Of a stretch of 18,580 nucleotides of DNA, positions 1-8,919 are shown piece after piece. The number at the start of each line of letters is the position of its first letter. Positions within the stretch are counted from its first letter, which is position 1. The stretch lies in IMG/VR virus record IMGVR_UViG_2537562015_000012; one strand, written 5' to 3'. The notes beneath the pieces are model-generated. The model saw only the letters and a list, made by a program, of their open reading frames with translations. It was not told where the DNA came from and did no database searches. The position numbers and the translations under genes are program-made. Source of the DNA: a virus (lineage: Duplodnaviria > Heunggongvirae > Uroviricota > Caudoviricetes).

Positions 1-1269
1 ATGCCAAAACTCACAGATATGCAGATCCGCGCATGGATAAAGGCGGGAGACAGATTTGATGGCAAGGCAGACGGCAACGGCCTTTATATTTGCTACCCCA
101 AAAACTACACAGTCCCGTTCTGGCGATTCCGATATAAGCTCGCAGGAAAACAGCGGGCTATGGTTATCGGCTCTTACTCCGAACTGTCACTATCAAAAGC
201 CAGAGAAACAGCAAAAGAGCTGTCAGCCAGAGTTGCTCTTGGCTATGACGTAGCAGCAGAAAAACAGGAACGAAAAGCTGAAGCACTGGCAAAAATGGAG
301 GCTGAGAAAAACGCCATGCGCGTTTCAGATCTGGCCGCCGAATACTTCGAGCGACAGATACTTCCGAGATGGAAACATCCCGATATCCTTCGCCGGAGAA
401 TTGATAAGGATATTAACCCCTGCATTGGGCATATGAAGGTAGAGGACGTTAAGCCACGTCACATTGACGACATGTTAAAAGGTATCGTTGACCGAGGAGC
501 ACCAACGATAGCAACAGATGTATTACGCTGGACACGCCGTATCTTTGACTATGGGATAAAACGCCACGCTCTGGAGATAAACCCTTGTTCAGCGTTTGAA
601 GTATCTGATGCTGGTGGTAAAGAGGTTTCCCGCGACCGTTGGCTAACTCGCGATGAGCTTATCAGGCTATTCGAGGCTATGCGCACCGCAAAAGGATTCA
701 GCCGCCAGAACGAACTGACATTTAAGCTATTGCTGGCACTATGCGTTCGTAAGATGGAGTTATGCGCCGCACGATGGGAAGAGTTTGATTTAGATGGTGC
801 GGTATGGCATTTGCCGGAAGAACGCAGCAAAAACGGAGACCCTATTGATATACCTCTACCTTCCCCAGCCGTTGAATGGTTGAGAGAGCTACACACCTTT
901 TCATGTAATAGCGCATGGGTGCTTCCGGCCAGGAAGATGCAAAACAGAATGATCCCACATATTCAGGAAAGCACTTTACCCGTAGCACTGGCTAAGGTTC
1001 GCGCCGAAATGCCGGATGTGCCTAATTTCACGATTCACGACTTCCGACGCACCGCACGTACTCATTTAGCAGCATTGGGTGTTGATCCTGTCGTGGCGGA
1101 ACGATGCCTCAATCATCGCATTAAGGGCGTAGAGGGGATTTATAACCGTCATCAGTATTTTGATGAGCGTAAAGCAGCACTGGCACAGTGGGCAGATCTG
1201 CTGGTGGCACTGGAAAGCGGGAAAGACTACAACGTAACGCCATTCGATAAAGCCCGGAGGCAAATGTGA
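1..1269 (+). CDS. int: P4-family tyrosine integrase (site-specific recombinase)
   Basis: 422-aa ORF. N-terminal arm-binding-like region (GNGLYICY...WRFRYKLAGKQR) and C-terminal catalytic region with HDFRRTART (His-x-x-Arg) and GIYNRHQY tyrosine segment, typical of P4/CP4-57 IntA-type integrases. ORF starts at window position 1, so the upstream att site is not visible. Confidence 0.93.
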   Translation: MPKLTDMQIRAWIKAGDRFDGKADGNGLYICYPKNYTVPFWRFRYKLAGKQRAMVIGSYSELSLSKARETAKELSARVALGYDVAAEKQERKAEALAKMEAEKNAMRVSDLAAEYFERQILPRWKHPDILRRRIDKDINPCIGHMKVEDVKPRHIDDMLKGIVDRGAPTIATDVLRWTRRIFDYGIKRHALEINPCSAFEVSDAGGKEVSRDRWLTRDELIRLFEAMRTAKGFSRQNELTFKLLLALCVRKMELCAARWEEFDLDGAVWHLPEERSKNGDPIDIPLPSPAVEWLRELHTFSCNSAWVLPARKMQNRMIPHIQESTLPVALAKVRAEMPDVPNFTIHDFRRTARTHLAALGVDPVVAERCLNHRIKGVEGIYNRHQYFDERKAALAQWADLLVALESGKDYNVTPFDKARRQM

Positions 1270-1916
1270 ACAACATCTTGAGAAAATCGCCAATCGAACG
1301 GCTTTGTTCATCTGTATCGATTACCCCTCATGAAATGGCTGTGGCCTTGGCTGGCCTAAACCCATCTATGCGCATTAGCGATGTGCCTGAGGAAAATTTC
1401 GAATATGTCGATTTTGTCAGAACTCATCTTGCCAGAGCTATCAAGGTGTACAGAGGTGAAAAAACTAGTAAAGATGAGCCTTGCCATGCCCTTGATATTT
1501 TCTTAGCTTCTTACCCATTTATTGACACAAATACACCAGAAATAATTGTTCAGAAAATATCAGAAGCGATTGATGATTTGCGTGGCACCAAGGGCTGGGA
1601 AGAAAAAGCCCGAAACCTTGGAGGACTCCAGTTAGTAAACTACATCAAAGAAACCAACCGCAGCGGACGTGGGCAGCATAGAAAGCAGGATGAGGAAAAC
1701 GGGACAATGAAAATGATGGGGTTGATAGTACATCTGCTGATAAAAAAATCAGGCTCATCTTCCTACATCCAAAATGGGAAACCTAATCGCACAGCTATAT
1801 ACCGTGACATAGAAACCTTAATCAAGGATGAAGGGATATCCCATAAAGGAATAGCAAAAGCCACATTCCTAGAAAAAATCTCACGGGCTTTATTAGCTGT
1901 CCACGATCTCGACTAA
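1266..1916 (+). CDS. hypothetical protein (AT-rich cargo gene coupled to integrase)
   Basis: 216-aa ORF with GTG start overlapping the int stop (GTGA) and a GGAGG Shine-Dalgarno at 1256-1260 five nt upstream. Codon usage is visibly more AT-rich than int. No catalytic motif recognised. Confidence 0.6.
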   Translation: MNNILRKSPIERLCSSVSITPHEMAVALAGLNPSMRISDVPEENFEYVDFVRTHLARAIKVYRGEKTSKDEPCHALDIFLASYPFIDTNTPEIIVQKISEAIDDLRGTKGWEEKARNLGGLQLVNYIKETNRSGRGQHRKQDEENGTMKMMGLIVHLLIKKSGSSSYIQNGKPNRTAIYRDIETLIKDEGISHKGIAKATFLEKISRALLAVHDLD

Positions 1917-1997
1917 TCACTTTTCACGCCCCTCCAAAGCAATGGCGGGGCATTACCTGTTTACCCATCTCCACCAGCATAGATAATTCTATGCCTA

Positions 1998-2096
1998 GCC
2001 ATTGCTATATCTGTTCGGCTTAGTTCATCTGTAATCACCCCATCTCTAAAAGATACGCCAGCTATCATTAGCCATTTTAAGCCATCATGAGCCATT
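1998..2096. repeat. phased GCCAT(T/C) hexamer repeats in AT-rich intergenic region
   Basis: GCCATT at 1998, 2071 and 2091 and GCCATC at 2081; the last three are spaced exactly 10 bp apart (one helical turn), suggesting a protein-binding array. Confidence 0.4.
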
Positions 2097-2274
2097 ATAA
2101 ACCGACTCAACCAATTGAATAATAAAAGATAAAAAGAAATGTAAAAACATGATGAATGACGATGAAAGATATAACTCTTTGATAAAACAATGATTTTTTA
2201 AACTGGTAACTAATTGAAAATAAAGAAAATAATTATCCCACCTGCATTTGCAATCTTTCAGTGGATCGGTATTT

Positions 2275-2307
2275 TTTCAATAGATTTATAATTTCTTTCA
2301 ATAGATT
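2275..2307 (+). promoter_or_regulatory. candidate promoter/operator upstream of alpA: two TTTCAATAGATT direct repeats flanking a TATAAT
   Basis: Identical 12-bp repeats at 2275-2286 and 2296-2307 (21-bp spacing) with TATAAT at 2287-2292, about 95 bp upstream of the alpA start. Confidence 0.35.
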
Positions 2308-2387
2308 CTAGTCTTAATAGAAATACTGTATGGGCAACCACTAAACTTTAAGTAACTTCATGAGCTATCAGAGAGGTTACTAGAGAC

Positions 2388-2606
2388 ATGACAGTACACA
2401 AGCCAGCATCATCAGCTATCCCAACAACTGGATACATCCGTCGCTTTCGCATGCCGGAATTGCTAGGTGTTTCACTGCCTACTATTGATAGATGGGTTAA
2501 AAATGGCACTCTTCCACGCCCAGTGAAGCTAACAGATAACGTGACTGCGTTTGATGCGGTGGAAATTAATAACTGGCTGGCAGAACGCCGCGGGAAGGTG
2601 GCCTGA
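2388..2606 (+). CDS. alpA: AlpA/Vis-family HTH transcriptional regulator (prophage excision regulator)
   Basis: 72-aa ORF; RFRMPELLGVSLPTIDRWVKNGTLPRPVKL...EINNWL matches the AlpA-family pattern (R..E..G.S..TI.RW...G.FP.PVKL....W). Preceded by AGAGG. Confidence 0.85.
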   Translation: MTVHKPASSAIPTTGYIRRFRMPELLGVSLPTIDRWVKNGTLPRPVKLTDNVTAFDAVEINNWLAERRGKVA

Positions 2607-3037
2607 TGGAAAAGAAAAACCGCCCATTACAGGCGGCTAATTCAGATATTCGCGTATCTGATATTACGCCCCTTACAAAATCCCTTCAAGCACCAAAGCG
2701 CACACCGAAAAAGCATCGTGCCCGAGTCTATATGCTGCGTACTGGTATAGAGGGATGGACAGAAAATGACATTCTTCGCTACTGCCGTCTGTCTTCTGGT
2801 CGTAACTATGCAACAGAGTTAGAACGCCAGCTTGGAATCACTCTGGAGCGTATCGACGAAAAGAATCCTGATGGTATCGGAACACACCTTCGCTACCGTT
2901 TCTCCTGCCGTGGTGATGTTCTGAAAGTGATCACTCATGTTAACCATCTTGCGAACATAAATGATCACAACGGACTTTCTCAGCAGGAAATTGCCGACAT
3001 TCTGAAACTCTACCCGGACGCGTTTAACGCCGCCTAA
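2606..3037 (+). CDS. hypothetical protein
   Basis: 143-aa ORF whose ATG overlaps the alpA stop by 1 nt (TGATG), indicating translational coupling. No motif recognised. Confidence 0.6.
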   Translation: MEKKNRPLQAANSDIRVSDITPLTKSLQAPKRTPKKHRARVYMLRTGIEGWTENDILRYCRLSSGRNYATELERQLGITLERIDEKNPDGIGTHLRYRFSCRGDVLKVITHVNHLANINDHNGLSQQEIADILKLYPDAFNAA

Positions 3038-3049
3038 CGGAGACTAAAA

Positions 3050-3883
3050 ATGAACATCGAAAAAAGCAGATTAATTTCTGAGGCCGCCCCTCATCTGAAC
3101 GCCTCTCTGGGCACAATTAACGGTAATGAATTTGCCGCAATTGTCCCGGTTATTTCTGGTCATATAGGCGGGCGTGAAACCAATATTGTTAGCGCAAAAG
3201 CGTTACACAAAGCGTTGGGCGTGGGAAAAGACTTCTCTACATGGATCACTGATCGCATCTCTGAATATGACTTCACCATTGGGCACGATTACTCAGTCCA
3301 TAAAACAATTTCCCCAAATTTGGGGAAAAGCCCGAATGACGCGGCTTACAGCAAGATTAAGCAGTCTGGCAGACCCGGCAAAGACTATCTGTTAAGTGTC
3401 GGAATGGCGAAAGAACTGGCAATGATCGAACGCAATGATCAGGGTCGCGCTATCCGCCGTTATTTCATCCAGTGCGAGAAAGAATTACAGCGTAGCGTGC
3501 CTGAAATCGCCGCCCGCTATCGTCGCCAGCTAAAAGCCCGTATCAGTGCCGCAAACAACTTCAAGCCAATGTGCGATGCGCTGAATATGGCCCGTGCCGA
3601 GATGGGGAAAACGACGCAGCAACACCACTACACAAACGAGAGCAATATGATTTCTCGTATCGTTCTTGGTGGGCTAACTGCTAAGCAGTGGGCGCGGATA
3701 AATGGCTATTCTGGCGAACCTCGCGACCATATGAACGCAGAACAGCTTGAGCACCTCTCATATCTCGAAAGCACCAATATCACGTTAATTGATATGGGCA
3801 TGGAATATGAGCAGCGCAAAGGAGAACTCACCCGCCTGTCGCAACGCTGGCTCGCCAAGCGTCTGGAGGCGGTCCATGTTTAA
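3050..3883 (+). CDS. phage antirepressor-like protein (AntA/KilAC family)
   Basis: 277-aa ORF. SAKALHKALGVGKDFSTWITDRISEYDF and DYLLSVGMAKELAMIERNDQGRAIRRYFIQCEKEL resemble conserved AntA/antirepressor segments. Call made by eye only. Confidence 0.65.
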   Translation: MNIEKSRLISEAAPHLNASLGTINGNEFAAIVPVISGHIGGRETNIVSAKALHKALGVGKDFSTWITDRISEYDFTIGHDYSVHKTISPNLGKSPNDAAYSKIKQSGRPGKDYLLSVGMAKELAMIERNDQGRAIRRYFIQCEKELQRSVPEIAARYRRQLKARISAANNFKPMCDALNMARAEMGKTTQQHHYTNESNMISRIVLGGLTAKQWARINGYSGEPRDHMNAEQLEHLSYLESTNITLIDMGMEYEQRKGELTRLSQRWLAKRLEAVHV

Positions 3884-4058
3884 GCCGACAGGAACACCAC
3901 AACCTCAAAAACGCTACAAAGATGCCCACGGAGCACTCGTTACTGTCGAAAGCGTGTCTCACAACCGAGTGACGTTTTATCGCGACGGGTATCAATCGCC
4001 ATGCGTACAACCGCTGGCACGTTTCATGAAGGAGTTCGCGGAGGTTAACAAATGCTAA
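3876..4058 (+). CDS. small hypothetical protein (60 aa)
   Basis: ATG at 3876 overlaps the stop of the upstream gene by 8 nt (ATGTTTAA). Sequence [60 protein letters not shown]. Confidence 0.45.
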   Translation: MFKPTGTPQPQKRYKDAHGALVTVESVSHNRVTFYRDGYQSPCVQPLARFMKEFAEVNKC

Positions 4059-5119
4059 CCGCCCAGAAGAAGATATTTTCACTGGCTGGTATGTCGCCAA
4101 AATCCAGCAATATGACAGCAAAGTCAGACATTAATACAGCAGATACAAGCAAAGTTTATCATTTGCTGGTGGTAGGAGCGGATGCCTTAACTATGTCAGA
4201 AATTACGGTCGATGGTGTTAGCGTTGAGAAGGTCAGCGGCTATGCCAGAGAATTTCTGGTCGTAGATGGCTTTCTCTGCTCGTGTAGTGACTCCACAAAA
4301 ACCTTCGTCCACGCGCGTGACGTTAACGAAATGAGCGCGATGTACTGTGCTTCTGGTTCTTCCAATAGTGAGTTTTCGGAGTCCATAAAAAAGAGCTTGC
4401 CGTTATGCGGCAACACGGTTTATGGTTATAAGGCACCTCATAAAACGGGTGCCGGGATTGGCGTCCTAAAAATTCTGAAGGCGACATATGACGCGCCAAG
4501 CGTCTTTTTTTATGTCGTAGGTCTGACTCACCCATTTTTTGGGCGTTGGTGTATAATCCAGCGCCTTTGTCAATCAATGGTGGCTCAGGCGGGGGCTTCT
4601 TCGGAAGCGCCGGTATCCTTCAGAGCCGGTTACGCCAACCCTGTCTGGGCTACCACCAGCGAAATTGGCGTTTCCGGTGGTAGCGTAACCTGCTATCTGA
4701 AGGAGGCTGCCACATGCTGGCTACTACCCCTACCCAAAAAACGCAATTTATCTGGATTATCGCCGCAGTTCGCCGCGATTGCCCGACAATTACCGCCAAA
4801 ATTCATCATATTGCTGCCGAGTCTGAACGCGATGCTCGCCGTTCTCTGGTGCGCGATCACGTCTGCTTTTTTGCTGGTCGTATCCGCATGGAGGTGGCAC
4901 ATGATTAAAACCTACGATGTGCATATGGATCCCCTCGAACGCACAAGCCAGATCATCACACTGACAGAAGTGATTAACGACATTCTGGTGAGCAACTCTC
5001 CCTCACGAGACGAAAGACTGAAGGCGTTACTCGCGATATTGGATCTCGCCGTTCGTGACGTTCATTTCCTGCTGGAAGGTGGCGAAATGCCAGTAAAAAC
5101 GGGGGCAACCAATGAATAA
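4052..5119 (+). CDS. hypothetical protein; formally a 355-aa open frame but probably a fusion of separate coding units
   Basis: ATG at 4052 overlaps the previous stop (ATGCTAA). The frame looks coding from 4052 to about 4712. From 4714 to 4900 it is stop-free but full of rare codons (CTA x3, TTA x3, ATA, CGA, AGG, GGA), while the alternative frame has a strong RBS and only common codons. The frame then coincides with a downstream small gene starting at 4901. Confidence 0.45.
   Translation: MLTAQKKIFSLAGMSPKSSNMTAKSDINTADTSKVYHLLVVGADALTMSEITVDGVSVEKVSGYAREFLVVDGFLCSCSDSTKTFVHARDVNEMSAMYCASGSSNSEFSESIKKSLPLCGNTVYGYKAPHKTGAGIGVLKILKATYDAPSVFFYVVGLTHPFFGRWCIIQRLCQSMVAQAGASSEAPVSFRAGYANPVWATTSEIGVSGGSVTCYLKEAATCWLLPLPKKRNLSGLSPQFAAIARQLPPKFIILLPSLNAMLAVLWCAITSAFLLVVSAWRWHMIKTYDVHMDPLERTSQIITLTEVINDILVSNSPSRDERLKALLAILDLAVRDVHFLLEGGEMPVKTGATNE
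4714..4908 (+). CDS. small hypothetical protein (64 aa) embedded in the alternative frame
   Basis: Strong GAAGGAGG Shine-Dalgarno at 4701-4708 followed by ATG at 4714. Codon usage is entirely common E. coli-type codons. Stop overlaps the next start (ATGATTAA). Confidence 0.5.
   Translation: MLATTPTQKTQFIWIIAAVRRDCPTITAKIHHIAAESERDARRSLVRDHVCFFAGRIRMEVAHD
4901..5119 (+). CDS. small hypothetical protein (72 aa)
   Basis: GGAGG at 4890-4894 then ATG at 4901; overlaps the stop of the 4714..4908 gene by 8 nt. Same frame as the 4052 ORF. Sequence [17 protein letters not shown]... Confidence 0.45.
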   Translation: MIKTYDVHMDPLERTSQIITLTEVINDILVSNSPSRDERLKALLAILDLAVRDVHFLLEGGEMPVKTGATNE

Positions 5120-5306
5120 CTCAATTAATACCCCTCGCCTTACGTCCGCACTTCAATTAATCGAGCAAGCAGCGGCTGTCCTGGTTGCTGTCAGTCTTTC
5201 GGCTGAAGAAATGGACGCTGCTGATGTCGTGGATGCGATTAAAGCGTGCTCATCTTTGGTTAACGATGCCCGTGCAGAGCTGGTAATTCTTGGTGGTGAA
5301 AAATGA
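5112..5306 (+). CDS. small hypothetical protein (64 aa)
   Basis: ATG overlaps the upstream stop by 8 nt (ATGAATAA); part of the coupled gene chain. Confidence 0.5.
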   Translation: MNNSINTPRLTSALQLIEQAAAVLVAVSLSAEEMDAADVVDAIKACSSLVNDARAELVILGGEK

Positions 5307-5566
5307 ATATCAACTTAATTTATCGTCATCCGTGTGAGCTGGAAATTGAATCATTGCTGGGGCGCGAAGAGCCATATCCAGACACATTCACTCCCGCAGA
5401 TTGCGCGACTGAACGGCTTACCAGAGCGCGCACAGGTCTGGTTCATGTGATGAATGAGATTATTCCCTCGGTGGGAGGGGAACAGGCGACAGTAATCAAT
5501 AGCTGGCTACAAAAAGTTACCTCCCTGATAGATATCAGTTTAATCGATGTGGAGAGTGCGAAATGA
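5303..5566 (+). CDS. small hypothetical protein (87 aa)
   Basis: ATGA start/stop overlap with the upstream gene. Confidence 0.5.
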   Translation: MNINLIYRHPCELEIESLLGREEPYPDTFTPADCATERLTRARTGLVHVMNEIIPSVGGEQATVINSWLQKVTSLIDISLIDVESAK

Positions 5567-5784
5567 CCAACATCCAGCTCATTGAAGCGCAATGTCGCAT
5601 CGAACAGGTTCAGACTGTTTTAGGGTTCTGGCTTGAAGGGGCCAGCCCAAGCAACAGAGACAAGTTAATGATTGGCGCGGTTATGTCACTGCTCAATGGC
5701 GTACCAGAAGCTATTCAGGAAGCGGACGAATTGTTGGGCAAATATGAGTTACAGAATCATTCAGGCGAGGCGAAACATGAATAA
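5563..5784 (+). CDS. small hypothetical protein (73 aa)
   Basis: ATGA start/stop overlap with the upstream gene. Confidence 0.5.
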   Translation: MTNIQLIEAQCRIEQVQTVLGFWLEGASPSNRDKLMIGAVMSLLNGVPEAIQEADELLGKYELQNHSGEAKHE

Positions 5785-6379
5785 TTTCTTAACTTTCCAT
5801 GCAGAAGCAACGCCTGGCGGCGTAAACATCATGTACCGCAGCAACGATGGCATGACAGAACGCGTTGAGGCCGTCTCATATATTGATGCCGTAAATCGTC
5901 TGGATGCCGGGGATTATGACGATAAACCAGATGAAGGTATGTCAATACATCTCGCTATTGCCGATGGCGGCAACCAGGGATATTTCGATTACACATCACA
6001 GCATAACGTCATTATGTGGAGATGGCTGATCGCAACAGTATTCATGCTGGAAATGAGAGAGGAAAACGGCACCGTCAGCATTATTGATGACAGTGGCAAT
6101 CATTCCGTGGTTTCTGTTTATTCCAATGGCATCGTCGCCATGCCGCTGTATCCAGTAGCAGAGCGCCTCGCTATGGCAAACAACATTGAGGGCGCAATGA
6201 TCGAGAAATATGGTGTTGATGTCGGAACAAAGAATGCCATCATTTTTTACAGCAACATGTTCGATGTCGAACAGGGAACACTCACTTCGTTTGGGCGAGA
6301 AGTGCTTGCCGATCTTCACAACAGCTTTATTGCCGAACTAAACGAAAACGGCATCCCAGAAGCACCAGTGACGCACTAA
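5777..6379 (+). CDS. hypothetical protein (200 aa)
   Basis: Preferred start is ATG 5777, which overlaps the upstream stop by 8 nt; the longer ORF from 5672 would overlap the previous gene for over 100 nt. No motif recognised. Confidence 0.55.
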   Translation: MNNFLTFHAEATPGGVNIMYRSNDGMTERVEAVSYIDAVNRLDAGDYDDKPDEGMSIHLAIADGGNQGYFDYTSQHNVIMWRWLIATVFMLEMREENGTVSIIDDSGNHSVVSVYSNGIVAMPLYPVAERLAMANNIEGAMIEKYGVDVGTKNAIIFYSNMFDVEQGTLTSFGREVLADLHNSFIAELNENGIPEAPVTH

Positions 6380-6391
6380 ACGGGGGCCAGA

Positions 6392-8743
6392 ATGCGAAAC
6401 ATTGATCTTATCCGTCAGGTTATCAGTGCGTCTGAAAACAACTGGCCTCATGTGCTGGACTGCCTGAACATAAATGTCCCTGACTCTCCGCGCCGTCATG
6501 CTCCCTGCCCTGCATGTGGGGGCAAAGATCGATTCCGGTTCGATGACAACGGGCGCGGTAGCTTCATCTGTAATCAGTGCGGCGCTGGTGATGGGCTGGA
6601 TTTAATTAAACGCGTAAATAACTGCGACACAACAGAGGCGGCGCTTCTTGCCGCTGATGTTCTGGGTATTGATTACCGGACAACGGAAACACCAGAAGCC
6701 ACCAGCCAGAAACGGGAACAACTGGAAACCGAGCGCCAGCGACGCGAACAGGAGCGCCTGAAAAGGGCAGAGAAGGACGAACAACAAAGACGGGATACGT
6801 TTTCCCGTCAGTTTGATGACATGCGCAGAAAGGCTGTAAACGGCAAATCTGATTATCTGGTTGCGAAAGGGGTAGGTGATTTTACATTCCCTGTGTTGCC
6901 CGATGGATCTCTGTTGCTGGCGCTGGTGGATAAATCCGGCGCAGTCACAGCAGCACAGACTATTACCTCACATGGTGAAAAAAGACTCCTGACAGGTTCA
7001 GCAAAGCGAGGGGCATATCACGCCATAAACGCACAGAAACGACCTCACAGCATCATAATTGCTGAGGGGGTGGCTACCGCCCTGTCGTGCCATTTAATTC
7101 GCCCTGACGCAATGACAGTGGCAGCAATCGACGCTGGCAACCTGTTGCCAGTAGCGGAAGTCATGCGCAGAACATATCCACAGGCACAAATCATCATTGC
7201 CGCAGATAACGATCACCAGCAAGGAAACTCCGAAAGTGGAGGGATCAACACGGGGAAAGATGCCGCAGAGAGGGCCGCTATTTCCGTAGCTGGCTGGGTG
7301 TCTCTGCCACCGACTGACTATAAAGCCGACTGGAACGACTATCACCAACAACACGGGCTGGCGGCAGCCACAGCAGCATTTAAAGATTCGATGTACCAGC
7401 CACGGGGGAAAGGGGCGCAGGTGAAAAATCACAAACAGTCAGTCGGGGCGCTGAATGAGATCAGTTCTGGCGAGGTGTTAAGCGATGATGAAATTGCTGT
7501 CCTCGAAGAAATCAACCGGACGTTTACGCATGTCACCATCGGCGGGAAACACAAGGTGGTGTCGCTAAAGCCTTCTCAAACCGGCGGTGTATCGCACGTT
7601 TTCGAGGATTTATCACAATTTCAGCATTATTTTCATCATAAACCGAGAGTCGCCAGAAAGCTGGCGGGATCGGCGTGGCTGTCATGGAGTGGGAAGAACT
7701 ACAAGCCAGGAGGCGTAGGATTTTATCCAGTACCAGACAAATGCCCTGACGATGTTTTTAATCTGTATGAGGGGCTGGCACTGGAACCAATTGAAGGAGA
7801 TTGCACGGTATACCTTAATCACCTGTTGCAGGTTGTCTGTGCCGGTAATGAAGAGGCATACCAATATCTTATCCAGTGGATGGCGCACATTATCCAAAAG
7901 CCTGATGAAAAACCGTCCGTGGCAATCGTGATGAAATCTGTCCCGGGCACAGGGAAAGGCACAACGGTTAAACCGCTGCTGCAAATACTGGGGCAGTACG
8001 CCGCCCACATTAACGGGGCGGGACATATTTCAGGGCGCTTCAATTCAATACTTGCTAACAAGCTACTGGTATTTGCTGACGAAGTGACGATCCACAAGCC
8101 GTCTGAAGCTGACAGACTTAAAGCGATTATTAGCGAACCGACGTTTAACCTTGAGCGCAAGGGAATTGATGCTGAACCAATGCCGAATTTTGCCCGGTTG
8201 ATATTTGCCAGTAACAGCACACAGGTATTACAGGCAGGGATAAGAGAGCGCCGCTATCTCGTGCTTGAGCCATCTCCTGAAAAAGCACAGAGCCGGGAGT
8301 ATTTTGATCGGCTGTACAGTTGGCTTAATGATGGCGGTGCCGCAAAGTTGCTTTGGCATCTTAAAGGGGTGGATCTCTCAGGTTTTGACCCTCAACGAGC
8401 GCCACAGACCGATGCCTTACGTGAAGAAATCTTGCTGGGGCTGTCTGGCGTTGAATTGTTTCTTTATGGCGAGCTAATCAATGAACCTCCGTTTAATGGC
8501 GAAGTCCGTTTGTTTGCAAAGGATATGGTTAGTCGATTTGTAGCGTGGTCGCTTGAGCGTGGGGAAAAGCTTAAAGAACCAGCTGCCAGATCACTACTGG
8601 GTAAATCACTTGCACAAATGGGGCTGGTGAAGCATGGAAGACCAGACCGAGGGAATGGCGTGTTCTACGAACTACCAGAGGTCGGAGTTCTACAGGCTGC
8701 GTTTGCCCGTCTGATCGGTATGGGGGGTTATGATGTTTTTTAA
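6392..8743 (+). CDS. P4 alpha-type primase-helicase (zinc-ribbon + TOPRIM primase + SF3-type NTPase)
   Basis: 783-aa ORF. N-terminal CPACGG...CNQCG zinc ribbon, TOPRIM-like acidic segment (IIIAADNDHQQGN), Walker A GTGKGT in SVPGTGKGTTVKPLL and Walker B-like LLVFADEV. Architecture matches the phage P4 alpha / D5-like primase family. Confidence 0.9.
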   Translation: MRNIDLIRQVISASENNWPHVLDCLNINVPDSPRRHAPCPACGGKDRFRFDDNGRGSFICNQCGAGDGLDLIKRVNNCDTTEAALLAADVLGIDYRTTETPEATSQKREQLETERQRREQERLKRAEKDEQQRRDTFSRQFDDMRRKAVNGKSDYLVAKGVGDFTFPVLPDGSLLLALVDKSGAVTAAQTITSHGEKRLLTGSAKRGAYHAINAQKRPHSIIIAEGVATALSCHLIRPDAMTVAAIDAGNLLPVAEVMRRTYPQAQIIIAADNDHQQGNSESGGINTGKDAAERAAISVAGWVSLPPTDYKADWNDYHQQHGLAAATAAFKDSMYQPRGKGAQVKNHKQSVGALNEISSGEVLSDDEIAVLEEINRTFTHVTIGGKHKVVSLKPSQTGGVSHVFEDLSQFQHYFHHKPRVARKLAGSAWLSWSGKNYKPGGVGFYPVPDKCPDDVFNLYEGLALEPIEGDCTVYLNHLLQVVCAGNEEAYQYLIQWMAHIIQKPDEKPSVAIVMKSVPGTGKGTTVKPLLQILGQYAAHINGAGHISGRFNSILANKLLVFADEVTIHKPSEADRLKAIISEPTFNLERKGIDAEPMPNFARLIFASNSTQVLQAGIRERRYLVLEPSPEKAQSREYFDRLYSWLNDGGAAKLLWHLKGVDLSGFDPQRAPQTDALREEILLGLSGVELFLYGELINEPPFNGEVRLFAKDMVSRFVAWSLERGEKLKEPAARSLLGKSLAQMGLVKHGRPDRGNGVFYELPEVGVLQAAFARLIGMGGYDVF

Positions 8744-8772
8744 TATAGTCTTTTTACAAGAAGATCGTTTTT

Positions 8773-8877
8773 ACCTGTACCACCTATACCACTTTGCTAA
8801 TTCAGCATTAAAAACAATGCGTTATAGTGGTACAGGTCAATATCTTACCTATACCAGACCTGTACCACCTATACCAT
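8773..8877. repeat. iteron cluster 1 downstream of primase (putative origin-type repeats)
   Basis: Identical 19-bp ACCTGTACCACCTATACCA at 8773-8791 and 8859-8877, an inverted copy of the GGTACAGG core at 8829-8836, and an extra ACCTATACCA at 8847-8856. Confidence 0.6.
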
Positions 8878-8919
8878 TAACAAACGCATTTCTTCTGGCT
8901 GGCTGAGAGGGAACAACCA

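Noticed and set aside
56..896. Small ORFs within the integrase gene on both strands (56..253, 243..425, 549..896)
   Set aside because: Embedded in or antisense to the integrase reading frame; no independent support.
5672..5776. Upstream extension of the 200-aa gene (ORF-track start at 5672)
   Set aside because: Would overlap the preceding gene by more than 100 nt in another frame; the ATG at 5777 gives the same 8-nt coupled overlap seen throughout this operon.
7094..8220. Minus-strand ORFs of 112-133 aa (7094..7432, 7682..8026, 7819..8220) inside the primase gene
   Set aside because: Entirely antisense to a well-supported 783-aa primase with recognisable motifs; Cys/His-rich low-complexity translations typical of antisense frames; no RBS support.
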